Assembly (NCBI RefSeq): GCF_030144855.1
Contig: NC_082731.1
Coordinates: 23,126,001-23,190,000, forward strand
Direction: 5' to 3'
Source: Hypanus sabinus
Lineage: Eukaryota
Length of the DNA stretch: 64,000 nt
Position 1 is the first letter of the stretch; the number at the start of each line of letters is the position of its first letter. The notes under the pieces were generated by a model, which had not been told where the DNA came from, did no database searches, and saw nothing but the letters and a program-made list of their open reading frames with translations. Of this stretch, positions 1 through 12,689 are shown in pieces. The position numbers and the translations under genes are program-made.

Positions 1-2018
1 CTTATATTCCTGGTAATAATACAGAAGGTGAAAAATCAGTTCATTTCAATGAGGTTAAAAAATTCTAATGGGATTCGGGGGCGACCATAGCTGATAAGGG
101 AAGTCAAGGGCAGGATAAAATAAAGGAGACATGTAACACAGCAAAGATTAGCGGGAAGCCAGAGGGTTGGGTAACTTTTAAAGAACAACAGAAAATAACT
201 ATAAAGGCAATACGGGGAAAAAAGCTAAGTCACGAAGGTATGCTAGCCATGAATATAAAGGAGGATAGTAAAAGCTTCTTTATGCATGTAAAGGAAAGAA
301 ATATAGTTATGACCAAAGTTGGGCCCTTAAAGGTAGAAACGAGGTGAATTTATTACGGGGACCAAGGAAATGACAGATAATTTGAACAGGTACTTTGAAT
401 CTGTCTTCACTAGTGAAGACACAGACAATCTCCCAGTGGCCAGACGACCTAGGACAACAAAGTAACAGAAGGAAATTGAGAAAATAGTGCTGGGTAGATT
501 GATGAGACTGAGAACTGGACAATCCGTAGGGGCTGATGGCCTGCATTCCAGGGTACATAAGGAGATGTCTCTAGAGTTCGTGGACGCATTAGTTATCAAT
601 TTCCAATATTCCATAGATTCAGGATCAGTTCCTGAGGATTGCGGTGTAGCTAATGGTATCTCACTTCTTAAGAAAGTTAGGTGGGAGAGAAAAAACATAG
701 AAATATGGACCAGTTAGCCTGACATCGGAAAAATACTGAATTCAATTATAAAATATGAAATAGTAGCACTTTTGTTTAGCAGTAACAGTAACAGGAACAG
801 TCGGCATTTTTTTTCTGAAGGGGAAATCATGCTTGACTAATCTTCTGGAATATATTGAGGATTTAACTATGAAAATAGAGAAGGGAGAGCCACTGGATGT
901 AGCGAACCAGGACTTTCAGAAATCCTTTGAGATGGTTCCACATAAGTGATTAATAGGAAAAAATAGAGCACGTGGTATTTGAGTAGAAAATTGGCTGACA
1001 CGAAACAGTGTGTAGGGATTAACGGGTTAGAATGGCGGCTACTGACTAGTGCGGTAGGGGAAGTCTCGGTGCTGGTACCGCAGCTATTTGAGATAGATTT
1101 TAATAATACTGAGGTAGGGATTAAAAGTAACAGCAGCAAATTTGTAGATTGCACTGGGTTGGTTGGCAGTGTGAAATTTGAGGAAGATGATATCAGAATG
1201 TAGGTTGACTTAGACAGTTTCTGAGAGTGGACTTATGCATAGCCGATGCAATATAATATGGATAAATGTGAGGTTATCTACTTTGGTGGCGAGAACAGGC
1301 AGACAGATTACTAACTGAATGGTGTCAAGTTAGGATAGAGGGAAGTGCAACGAGATCGAGGTGTCTTTGTTCATCAGACACTGAAAGTAAACATGCAGGT
1401 ACAGATGGCAGTGAAGAAAGCTAATTGTATGTTGGCCTTCATAACAAGAAGAGTTGAGTATAGGAACAAGGAGGTCGTTCAGCAGATGTACAGGGCCTTG
1501 GTGAGACCAAACCTAGTGTAATCTGTTCCGCTTTGGTCTTGAAATTAGAGTAAAGGCATTCTTGCGTTTGAGGGAGCGCTGAGTATGTTCACGAGTTTGA
1601 TTCCCGGGATGGCGTGTATGTCAAATGCTGAATGACTGTAGCGATTGTGCTTGTATACACAGGAATTTAGAAGGATGAGAGGAGATCTGAATGAAACACA
1701 TAAGATTATTAAGGGATTGGTCACGCTAGAGGCAGGAAACATGATCCTGATGTGGGATTGTCCAGAATCAATGGCTACAATTTAACAATAAGGGGTAAGC
1801 CATTAAGAACTGAGCTCAGGAAAACCTTTTTCAGTCAGAGCGTTATAGATCTATGGAACGCTCTGCCTCAGAATGCGGTGGAGGTCAATTACATAATGCT
1901 TTCAAATAAGCGGTAGATAGACCTCTTAAAGATAGCGGAGTCAAGGGATGTGTGGAGAAAGCCGGAACGAGTTCCTGATTGTGGACGCTCAGCAATGATC
2001 AAATTGAATGGCGGTGAT
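1..2018 (+). mobile_element. CR1-clade LINE, degenerate RT C-terminal half plus 3' UTR; tail resumes at 3096-3145 after an LTR insertion
   Basis: Frame-broken CR1 RT motifs (GPDGLH-like, FQKAFD-like, FADDTK-like, EVIYFG, GVFVHQTLK) and the typical tail gatcagccatgat...gaatggcgg...cctattgtct. Confidence 0.9.
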
Positions 2019-3095
2019 CGTCATGTTCCGGTTAGAGTTCCGCATTCCGGTTCATGGTCCGGTCAGCGGAATCCAAAATTCGGGTCGCCCAACTGTTCCT
2101 CGTTTCGGCTTGTACTCAAGCATTTACACAAAATGCTCATTTTGGTTCGGTTGTGCTCAAACATCTACACCTTATGCCCATCTGTTGCCGGTGAATGTAA
2201 TGGACTCTGGGATTGAGTGTTGTCGGTGGGTTCGTTCCACTTGGAGCACCCATCTCAGAGACGAGTTCTGTGAGTGAGGTATGGATTTGGGTGTTCCGTA
2301 GCCCGCCACAGTCTTCCGGTCGCCTCGAGTCTTGCAGCCACCCCAGACCGAGCTTCGTTCCTGGCCCGCGCCAGATTGCAGTTGCCCTGCGGTTGACTCT
2401 GTCCCTTCCTATCCCTTGCCTCCGTCGGGTAAACCAGTCCAGATTGCTGTTCCTCGGCGGATGCTTCTGTCCTTTCCTGTTCCTCGCCTCCGTTGGGCTG
2501 TGCCTCGCGTCCTGCCTAGGAGCCCCGAAAACTGACCAGGCCCCCTGTGTCCTGCCTTTGTGTTCCGCGCCCTGCCCAGTAGTTCTGCGGCCCGCCCAGG
2601 AGGCTAGCACCTTGTACCTAGTCCCTAGCCTGTTCTGTCCCTTCCTATTCTTTTTTTTTCCGTCGGGTAAGACAGGCCAGATTGCCGTTGCCCTGCAGTT
2701 GGTTCTGTCCCTTCCTGTTGTAGCCTCCGTCGGGTTGGGCACGGCGTCCTCCCCAGGAGTCCCGCGACCTGTCCAGCCTCCAAGATCCCAGCCTCAATCC
2801 AAGCCTCCCAGATCCCAGCCGCAAGCGAAGCATCAAGACACCAGCCTCAAGCCAAGCCTCAAGACACCAGCCTCAAGCCAAGCTTCAAGATCTCAGCCTC
2901 AAGCCAAGCCTCAAGACCCCAGCCTCAAGCCAAGCCTCAAGAACTCCTAAAACTGCAAAATCTCATTGACTCCAAGATCTCCACGAACGCCACGGTCTGC
3001 GCAACTTCTGTCCTTTAGCTTTGTCCCGTCCTGTTCCTAGAACTTCACTGTCTTCATCCTGCATTTGACTCCTGTCTTCACGCCCCTTTATAACT
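2019..3095 (+). mobile_element. Solo LTR (Gypsy-type) inserted in the CR1 tail
   Basis: 5-bp direct repeat GTGAT at 2014-2018 and 3096-3100; ends cgtcat...taact are decayed TGT...ACA; the CR1 tail is continuous when the insert is removed. Confidence 0.8.
2775..2945 (+). repeat. Imperfect tandem repeat (ctcaagccaag/ccagcctcaag units) inside the solo LTR
   Basis: Units visibly repeated; they produce the low-complexity PRSQPQ/SLKP tail of ORF 2213..2950. Confidence 0.85.
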
Positions 3096-4877
3096 GTGAT
3101 GGCTGGAAAGGCCGAATTCCCTACTTCGGCACCTATTGTCTAATGAGATGAAGGAAAAAAAACAATGACAACTCTGCAAAGATCATTTGGGGATGCTATG
3201 TGTTACTTTAGTGACCTGTAGCTGAAACAAAATCATTCGGTACAGAAAGCGAATCTGTTGTTATTTTTCAATAGTAGCGATACAGAGCTTAGGACTGTTT
3301 AATAAAGCTTTAGCCATGCTGTGCCTGCAACCACCGTAAAAACTGAATACCTGGAGGTGATCTTGTAAAAATTTACATTTTCCAATTCACGCACCCCGTA
3401 TTCATTGAATTGCGAAGCTAAACAGTTTCTCTGCGGAACCTCTGGTTGACGTACAGAGGCTCTTCGCAAAAAAAGCGCCACTAATGATCTATGGGCTCCA
3501 AAATAATGCAAACTATAGCACAACCGTGCATACGTGCACACAGTCATACGTGGCGTCAAAGTAAATACAGACTGTCAGAAAATTACGCTAGAGTGTGAAG
3601 AAGTGTATTTTTAAGAAGAAAACAGAGAATCTGACAGGTTTAGACATGTATGTCGCAACCTGAAGGGTTAACGAGGCAGATCAATGTCCTATTGTTAGGA
3701 AAATTCCAGTGGGACAAAATCTATTGTGAGAAAATGATTCGTGGATAGACTGCCTGAGTAGCAGGCTCGAGGGGAAAGGGAATGATATGAGATTAAGGAC
3801 GGGAGGTGGCAATACAATGAGCGCACGCAGAAACACAAATAATACAGAAGTCAAAAGAGGAAGAGAGAGGGTAAAGAATGGAAAAGAAGGAATTACAGAC
3901 AGATAAGTATAATACAAACAGCCAGACAAATGAGGAAAACGACAGTTTGATAGAGTGGCTGTCCAGAGTGGCACTGAAAGAATAACAGGGAGTCAGAAAG
4001 AAGACAGACGAAGAGAGGGTGTGAGGTTGTTAGAGAAAGAGACGATCTGTATTAAAAAAGAGTAAATTAACAAACCAACACATATATCAAGAATCCCGAA
4101 GGAGACAATAGAAAATGGAGAGATATTGATGGCTAGCGGAAGGCAGAGACCTGGATGTATGAAGATAAAGAAATTGATAGAGAAAGAAAGGGAGTAGAAA
4201 TAAACAGTGATACATACAAGGATATTGACGTAGGTAGAAATTAAAAGGGGGAGAGAGAGCTTGAGAGAGATGGAAATGGAGGAAGACCGATATTCTACAT
4301 GGCATTCATTTTTGTGCTCTTTACAGATTAATCTTGTTAGTCTGCCAACTGAGAATCTGTAAAAATGGGCAGTCTTTGTACCGTTGAGCTCATGTCGTTC
4401 TGGGTTGTCGAATATTCTGGTATCTTTCATCAGGGAGGAAAGAGAAGCGTACTCGCCGCAGAACGTTGGGTCAGGCAAGTTTCGGCGAAATTAATGGTTC
4501 GGAACGGACAGAGAAAACATTGAAATATACATACCTGAAAGGCTCTGCTGCCTTTCTTTCAACTTTCTGAGGTATGTCCCACTTCTCAGCTGTTACATAT
4601 CCAATGTTCTCCAGAAAGTCTGGGCAGGTTTTACGCTCACATGTACAATGATTGAAGAATTACATGTAAATACCTTAAGGGACTCAATGTCGTAATGCGC
4701 CGTACATCTCCACGTGGTCGAACTCAACCTATCGTGGCGGGTACAGCCATAACGCTATCCTGGGTGTTGCTAATTTCAATTAACACGAAAAGTTCAACAG
4801 ATAGCTAATGAAGGAATGAGTATATGAGCGCGCGCGCACACACACAAACACTCTCAGAAATGCGCGCACGTGCGCGA

Positions 4878-4896
4878 TAGCGACCTCTAGTGGAGA
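4878..4896 (-). promoter_or_regulatory. CTCF-like motif
   Basis: TAGCGACCTCTAGTGGAGA closely matches the reverse complement of the CTCF consensus (TAGCGCCMYCTRGTGGCCA); motif match only. Confidence 0.55.
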
Positions 4897-5439
4897 CAAA
4901 CTTACGGATACAGACACCGATGCAGAGAGAATGAGAGCAATTGCAAGTGCGAAAGGATAGAAACCCAGAAGTAGAGATATTTATATACCCCTATACGGAC
5001 GATAGTCATCATACAAAACTGCAGTTCCGCAGTGATGTAGTCAAATTATTTTAGCTTTGTTTGTCTCTATGGAAAATCAAGATTATTATTTATATAGCGT
5101 GTGTGTCAGGAACCGACCAGACGCCTGAGATTTGCCATTTTAGTTATCGGTGTTTTGCTGAAAGTCGGCAAGACTTTATTTTACATTTGTTTTAATTATT
5201 TCCACCGTATATTTCCTTGGCATGTCGATCGAATGCACCTCGGAAAGAATGTATTTTCGAGAGCTGCAGGCTTATGCCTTCAGAGGGCTGCCTCAGTCAC
5301 GGAACGGGACGTGATGCTCGCACCGGCCGCTTTTCATTCCCCGCCCATTATAGCAGTTAAACGTTAGAATCAGAATGTTTTGAATCCTGGCAATAATTTG
5401 TTGAGGAGCACATCATTGAACACATACCTTATAAAAATA

Positions 5440-5485
5440 ATGTGGATATTCGTCATCTGGATTGTGTGTGGAGCCTGCCAGAAGG
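5440..5485 (+). pseudogene. Orphan V leader exon (MWIFVIWIVCGACQK+G) with no donor or V exon downstream
   Basis: 46 nt; 11 of 15 codons encode the same residue as the leader at 41673 (MWRFVIWIVCGAWLN); runs directly into a CR1 tail. Confidence 0.8.
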
Positions 5486-5674
5486 CAATGGGGTCAATTA
5501 TCGGGATGCTTACAAGAAAGTGTTAGATGGAGCTCCTAAGGGTTGCATTGTCAGGGTTTATGTGAGAAGGCAGGAATAGGTTACTGATTGTGGATGATCA
5601 GCCATGACCACAGAGAATGGCGGTGCGGGTTCGAAAGGCCGAATGACCTACTCCTGCAACTATTGTCTATTGTC
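5478..5674 (+). mobile_element. CR1 LINE 3' tail fragment
   Basis: gatgatcagccatgaccacagagaatggcggtgcgggttcgaaaggccgaatgacctactcctgcaactattgtctattgtc. Confidence 0.85.
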
Positions 5675-6547
5675 ATTTCGTGTCCCTACAATTTCCTTTG
5701 GTCTCATTGTCCTGTAACGAAATCCCCTCAATGGAGACGCACCATTTCAGAACCTCCAATCAGAAATGTGATATCTCGATTTTTTTATCAGCGTTTCCTG
5801 CATATATTTGAATTAGCAGCCAATTAGTTCGCGAGGCCAGCCAAATGAAAGGTAGCATAGTTATCGGTAATAGGAATAGATTTCAGGTAAGTAAAAGGTT
5901 TAGGTAATTTAGTTAGTAACCTTGTTATACCTTGCCAACTCTGTCGGTTCAATAGTACAAGTCCTCTTCCAGAATGGTCTGGGCCACAGCTTGCCAGTAA
6001 TGCAAGACATGAGTATTAGTTATCTCGGGGAATGCAACTGCGTTTCACATCCGCCCACATTACATTCAGGTGGCAAGAAGTCTAAAAACGGATTTCATTC
6101 GGCAGCGCCATCTCCGCCATATGTTGCTCCAGGCGGTTGGAAATATTGTATCCGGAGAGCGTCAGGATAGACTTTGAGGCGCACTTCCTCGACGCCCTTT
6201 TAACCTCCCGTTGCTGCTGCGACGTTTGCCATGATGCCCATCCTCCCATTGCTAGGGCGTCCTGGTTTCCTACATTGTGATGCGATCCACTCTGTTGCCC
6301 AGGTTCTGGATTCTGCGTACGCTTGCTCCGTCGAAGCTCTCTTGGAAGGCACAATGCTCGGATCCCATCTTCCCCCTCCGGATCCCGTCTTCACAAGCAC
6401 TTACCATTGGTCCGTGGGAAGCCTACTGCTCGTTCCCCAGGTATTAAGACATTCTGTACGCCATCGTAGATCTACAATCTCCTCGCCAATCTCGCATCCC
6501 ACGACAGACACCAATGAGGCGAGCATTTTGACCTTAATGAAAGACAA

Positions 6548-6730
6548 ATTTTGTTGTGATAGACACAAATAGACCAGGCACCATAACGAAGACAGTGAAT
6601 CTCAACAGTCTCACAACAATGGGGTAGAGGACCATCACTCACTGCAGTTCTGGTTAGGGTGACACACAAATGAACAAACAAATAGTTGAATAGCACGAGC
6701 TAAAATGTAACAGTAAGCGAAATGGGACAT
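6548..6730 (-). pseudogene. Decayed TCR-type V relic (FR1-FR2), paralog of 18365-18615
   Basis: VTLTRTAV...ETVEIHC...YGA...Y(R)Q-like versus VTQT...ETVTFSC...WGA...YRQ in the V at 41815; upstream flank homologous to that of the 18615 relic. Confidence 0.45.
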
Positions 6731-7400
6731 TTCACTATAATCCAATAAAAACATCTTAACACAAGAATAATAAGCAGTACTGGTTATGAGAAATGTTGGA
6801 TTAGGCTGTCGATCACGCCCGACCCGGAAAGTCACCATATTAAACTTCCGGCCATCAAAATCACTAACGCGCAATATATTCGTCCAAAACGGCGCATCAG
6901 CTGAAATGCTCTGCAATATATTACAAAATACTGATAGGGGTAATTAAATGTAAAGACCCACACGACTTTATCGAACCAAGGTGTTTTGAATCGGGGAGAT
7001 TGAAATGAGGAAGGGATAATATTTCGATGTTATAAACTTCAGCGACTAGAAAAATAGAGACATAAGAATATAAATAAAGAAAGGCGCTCTCTTAAAAATC
7101 AGACCAGCTGAAGGTTCATGAACTATTTTTGACACAAGTTATGTTAGAACATTGGCACTCATCCCAGTCGGGCACAAATATGTTAAGATGTATTGATGAA
7201 GAGGTGAACACGTTCAAAAAGTGTTTGGAAGCTGTTTCAACTGAGGCAAACATGGCTAAAGCTACTACTCCCGAAATCTTTTTCAGATGGGTCCTTACGG
7301 TATAGGGATGACGTCGAAGTGCAGAAACAGACCAAGGCGCAGCTTTTGGGGCTCAGATAGCGCAAAGTGTAATTGAACTTTCCAGTATGAAGCAGTGATG
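6700..7400 (+). repeat. Direct duplication of about 18590-19280 (upstream flank of a second V family)
   Basis: Shared colinear words: atgctctgcaatata, cagaccagtgaagg-like, gaagaggtgacgttca-like, ggctaaactactac-like, ctcagatagcaaagtg-like. Confidence 0.75.
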
Positions 7401-9590
7401 AACCGTATAGCATACAGAGCTATGTAGTTGCATGGGGAAAATAACCCTGATGTGAATTATATCCTGATCTCAAAAAAGCAGCAGAGATGTTATCTATAGG
7501 GGAAAAAGCGGGATATAAAAATGTACGCCAAGTTGACAATGGTATTGGGGAAACTTCTAGGATGCCGACGGCATGGCTTTATTAGAATACCATGTGGCTG
7601 ACCCTACCGACGGAAGGTAATTTCTGGGATAATCTTGTGGTACGATACGGAATTGAATAGATTGTGTTCAGTGAACGAAATATTCGCGACAATTGATCGA
7701 ATTTACCATGAATTTTCAGAAGGAGAAGCTAAAGTTAGATATATCATTATTTCAGTGGAGTAAAGGGTATTAGAGAGGCATGCGAGAAGTGAGGGACGTG
7801 TTAGATAGAATTGATTGGAAACGATGATCTGTAGCGTTAAGAAAGGCGAGGGTAAACACCAGACCGCTGGAAAAGTTGTTGCACAAATATAATGGTGTAC
7901 TAGGAAATAGCGGATGTATTCAAAATGTATCTTGCATCATTTTTTCACCGTTGAAAACATAAGCGTTGTCGTGTAATTTCCATGTGTTGCGGTAGTAAGG
8001 TGTATGAGTTTACCATTACTTGAAAGATTAGCTTTGATAAACTACAAGTTCTGAAAAGAGAGAGGTTATCTGCACCAAATGTTGTATGCCCGGGAGATCT
8101 GAAATTGGTGGCTGAAAGGATTGTGGTGAGATTATTCCTGATCTTTCAAGAATCACAACATTCTGTGAAGTTTCTGGAAGACAGCAACGTTAAAATTCAC
8201 TCAGCTCTTTAACCGGGGAGATGCAGAGTAATGCAAATTGTATTCCTGTCAGTCTGACTTCAGTTGTTAGGAAAATGTTGGATTTGATTAATGAGTATGT
8301 TTTTTTCGGGGTACTTGGAGGCAAATAATAAAATAGACAGAGATTAGAATGGATTCCTTATATTGAAGTCTTCCCCAACAAATTTCTTCGAATAATTTGA
8401 AGTCAAAGCAAGCTGGGTAAATAGCCGGTTGATTCGATAAGTTTGCATTTTTCCAGAACGCCCATGACGAGCTATCACATATGAATGTGCTTAACTGCGA
8501 CCAGTCCACGGTATAACTAAGCACATTCTGACATGGAACAAATAATTTATGCCTGACCGGTCACAAAGTGTGAAAGTATCTGGGGCCTTTTCAGACTGAC
8601 TTCCGGTGATCGGAGGTTTTCCACAGGTGCTTGAATTGGGACCAATAATTTTTACGTTAAATGTTAATAATTTGCCTTGTTGGATTGTATTCTTTGCTGG
8701 AAGGGTTGCAGATGATACGAAGATTGGTAGAGCGACAACGGATTTTGAGAACGTAGGGACGCTGCAGAAGGAACTAGGCAGGTTAGTATAAAGGGGAAAG
8801 AATGGACAGATGGAATTCAGTGTGGGGAATCTTAAGGGAAATGAACGGTTTGACAATTAACAAAATAAATAGTCACTAGAAATCATATAGTCAGACAAAA
8901 CTAATCGGGAATGCTTATGTACGATTTCCTTGAGTCTGCGATGAGGAAGGCAAATGCGATGTCAAGATTAATTTCAATAGGTCAAGAATATAGGAACAGG
9001 GATGAAAATTTGAGGCTTTATAAAACACTGGTGAAGCCACAATTGGAGTATTTCGAGTAGCTTTGGGTCCCGTATCTCAGAAATGAAAGTAGTGGCTGAA
9101 ACTAGGTATAGGTCAGATGGCGTTCACGAAAATCATTTCATGCTTGAAAGGCTTGGCATATGAAGAGTGTTTCGTGATTCCTTGTGTAAATTCACATGAA
9201 TTCAGAACGAAGATGGGTGATCACAAGAATTTTTTTCCAATTGTTAGAGCCTTGATAGAATGGATATAGAGAAGATTCTTCGGTTGCTGATAGATTCTCA
9301 GACCAGAAGAATCTACCTCGTAATAAACCATATCCTTTCAGGCAGAAAATGAAGAGGAATTTATTTGGCCAGGCATTGAGGATTAAGTGTAAATCCTAGC
9401 CATAGCCAGGAGTGGAGGACAGGACTTTATAAATATTTAACACCATCATTTATATATAATTGATTTGACCGGATTAGGGGGGAAACGGGCAGATGACATT
9501 AGGCTGGGTTGAGAGGAAAATTGAATCAGACATAATGAACTGGGACAGCAGACTCGATGGGAGAAATATCCTCATACTGCTGGTTCTATG
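7300..9590 (+). mobile_element. Degenerate CR1 LINE fragments (RT and 3' UTR)
   Basis: RT-like stretches (GPIIFTLNVN, ADDTKIG, TLVKPQLEY) and a CR1-type tail near 9530-9590. Confidence 0.75.
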
Positions 9591-9769
9591 CTTGAGAAAA
9601 TGACTGCGGTTAAGAGTTGGTTTCAAATACGCAGTAATCGTTCAGGTGGAAATTCTCGTCTGTTCACTCCTCTGCTTTATTTCGAAACTAACAGTTCTCA
9701 GCTTTTATTTTTAAATAAAAGACAAATAACAGACAAGAAGCGCATTTCGTTTTCAATTTCGGCAAACGA

Positions 9770-10145
9770 GATGTGATATATTTCAATCAGATATACCAGG
9801 GTAGGAATTTCCCTGACGTGTTAGGTTGAACAATTTTGAGAGGAGACATTCAGAGAAAAGTGCATGCCCGTCCTTGGGTGTGGTCTCATATGTAGATGAG
9901 CTGAAAAGAAGAGATATGCCTTGCATGCAATGAGCGGATTCGATACTCAGATCAGGATATGGTACTACTGTCGGAACTGCAGGACGGCACCCTGAGGTTC
10001 TAGTCGGCAAAATTTCGAATAGTGGCAGTCGGTTGCAGATGGTGCAAGAAGGACGTACAGGAATATCCAAAGAAAAGTAAAGTCTGCCTTATCAGAAGAG
10101 ACTGAATGGGTTCAGCGGAAGAAGCCTGATCGGTGTACTTATGAA
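9770..10145 (+). pseudogene. Ig heavy-chain-like V relic (VH/TAILV-like)
   Basis: Donor GTAGGA at 9801; GT GTG GTC TCA (GVxS) at 9878; C..SGFD...IWY; one frame reads EVLVGKISNSGS...VQEGRTGISKE (cf. EWLV.I..SGS...VQGRFTISKD); ends gaa gaa gcc tga tcg gtg tac (EDTAVY-like); no RSS left. Confidence 0.55.
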
Positions 10146-11849
10146 AAATCAGGCAATCGTAGGCACAAATACCTTTATTTATTCAGTGTGATGTATGCAT
10201 TAATTCATGAGGAATATGCGGTGTACGTAGATAATATAAAAAAAGTTTGAGAATTCTTACACAAGTATCCTCATCCGCAAGGACATGATAATAGAATGAG
10301 ATTATTGGACAAATATAGTAAGGATAAGCAGCCTCAAACACATGGGCGTCCTTTTAGAAATGAGATGAGGATGGATACCTTTGGCACGATAGTGGGCATT
10401 CCATGGAATTCTTTGTAACATGCAGCTGCGTGGGTCAAATCGGCACTTAATTTTAAGACAGAGATTGACGGAGATTTCATTGTTCAGGGTAGAAGGGATA
10501 CGTGGAGAGGAGAGGAGTGGAGATTGGGGCCGAGAAGAGAAAAGGACCAGCTATCGTTTAATAGCGGAACGAGTTCCTTAGGCCAAAATGGTCTAAAACT
10601 CTGTCTATGTCCTTTCATCCTTTTGTCTTATGCACTATATTCGGTGTTTCTGGTACGGTGTGCAGGAGATTGGGGAGACGCCACGTAGTTTGTGAGGCCA
10701 CTTTTTCGTTGAAATTCGCCCTTTCTGAAACAGGGAGGATTTGAATGTAACCCAAACATTTTACTTTAACTAACAAATCCCTTCCAACATGGCGTCCATG
10801 CCCTCTTATTGTGCTATCCAGAGGCATAATCGCACATTCGGTTTGGGAAGAGTCTAACATAATGGCATGAACATTGATTTCTCCAATTTCCCTTAATTTG
10901 CTTCAGGTTCCATTCCCCATTTCGAGCTCCCATTTATAGCCGTTTTAATCTCCTCACTTGCCTATCACGGCCATCTATGTCAGTGAACATAGATATATGT
11001 TCCATACTAAAAGCCCGGAGTGCAGCTTTCAGACCTGTAACATCAGCTGGCAATAAAAGGAATCTAAGTGTTATAACACTCTCCCAGTAATGATACCGGG
11101 CAAGAAAACATCCCTGGTCATATTGGCAGGATGCATGCACACCTGCTCTTTACGAATTTTTCTCAAAACACCGCTTACTCAGAATTCGGTCATCCACCAT
11201 CATCGCAATAACAGAGAGCACTAAACTCTGATATTAAACGACAAGCCAGGTAGCATTAACTCCTGTCGCACGAACTGCTCTGAAGGTTTGACCATACTGG
11301 ATACTAACCATTACTTTGAACAACAGAATCGCTGTGCCTTGCTGAGTATTCTATGTGTCCGGATTCATATGTATTTGGACAGACACGGACCGATGTGGCA
11401 TCAGTAACTGGCTTAGTTCTTGTGAGGTCGTGTCCCACCAATATTATTGAGTTCCTCAAGAAAAGTACAAGAAAGCTTTATGAAGGCAAGTCAGCGGATA
11501 TTGGTAACATTGCCTTTATCAAGGCTTTTGACAAGGAACGTCCTGGAAGTCGGTCATTTAGGTTCACTCGTATTAAATTTTTCAAATGATTGGCTTTGTA
11601 GGAGATTCTATGATGTGAAAGTAGATTCCACTCTCCGATGTGTGCCCTGCGACTGTTGGAGTACCGTAGGGATGTGCTGTGTAATCAACAGACATACAGA
11701 CATACTTTATTGATCCAGAGGGAAATTGGTTTTCATTACAGTTGCACCAACCAAGAATAGAGTAGAAATATAGCAAAATAAAACAAAAATAATTTAATAA
11801 TAAGTAAATTATGCCAACTGGAAATAACTCCAGGACCAACCTTTTGGCT

Positions 11850-12640
11850 CAGAGAGTCTGACACTCCGATGGAGGAGATGAAAAGTTTGATGGCCACAGG
11901 CATGAATGACTTCCTATGACGTTCAGTGAATCATCGCCGAGGAACCAGTCTCTGGCTGAATGTACTCTCGTGCCTAACCAATACATTATGGAGTGGAAGA
12001 GAGACATTGTCCAGAATGGCTTGCAAATTGAACAGCATCCTCTTTTCGGACACCAAGGTCAGAGAGTCCAGTTCCACCCCCACAACATCACTGACCTTGC
12101 GAATGAGTTTGTTAATTCTGTTGGTGTCTGGTACCCTCAGCCTGCTGCCCCAGCACACAACAGCAAACATGATAGCACTGGCCACGACAGACCCGTAGAA
12201 CATACTCAGCATTGTCTGGCAGAAGTTAAAGTACCTCAATCTCCAAGGAAATAGAGACTGCTCTGTCCCTTCATGTGGACAACCTCAGTGTTCTTTGACC
12301 AGTCCAGTTTATTGTCAATTCGTATCCCCCGGTACTTGCAATCCTCGACCAAGTCAACACTGACACTTTGGATGGAAGCAGGGGTTACCGGTGCCTTGGC
12401 CCTCCTCAGATCCACCACCAGCTCTTTAGTCTGTTTGTCCACATTAAGCTGTGCAGTAGTTGAACTCCGAGGTGTACACAGTGAAGAAAAAGGGCGAGAG
12501 GACAGTCCCTTGTTGAGCCGCTGTGCCGCTGACTAGTCTGTCCGAAACACAGTGTTGCAAGCGCATTTACTGTGCTCTGCCAGTCAGGTAATCAATAATC
12601 CATGACAACAGGGAAACATCCACCTGCATCGCTGTCAGCT
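11850..12640 (-). mobile_element. Rex1/Babar-like LINE RT C-terminal fragment
   Basis: ORFs 12236..12442 (TKELVVDLRR...KLDWSKNT...LYFL) and 11931..12239 (MFYGSVVASAIMFAVVCWG). Confidence 0.8.
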
Positions 12641-12689
12641 TCTCACCCAGCAGAGCGGGGGGGGGGGGGGGGGTGGGGTGACTACATCA

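Larger units (their letters stand above)
3130..5485 (+). repeat. V-upstream duplication block, copy A (paralogous to 39180-41720 and, inverted, to 16000-18040)
   Basis: Colinear shared words, e.g. atttacattttcca, ttgaattgcgaag, aaacgctatcctgggtgttgcta, ggaaccgacc, ctgaaagtcggcaag. Confidence 0.9.
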
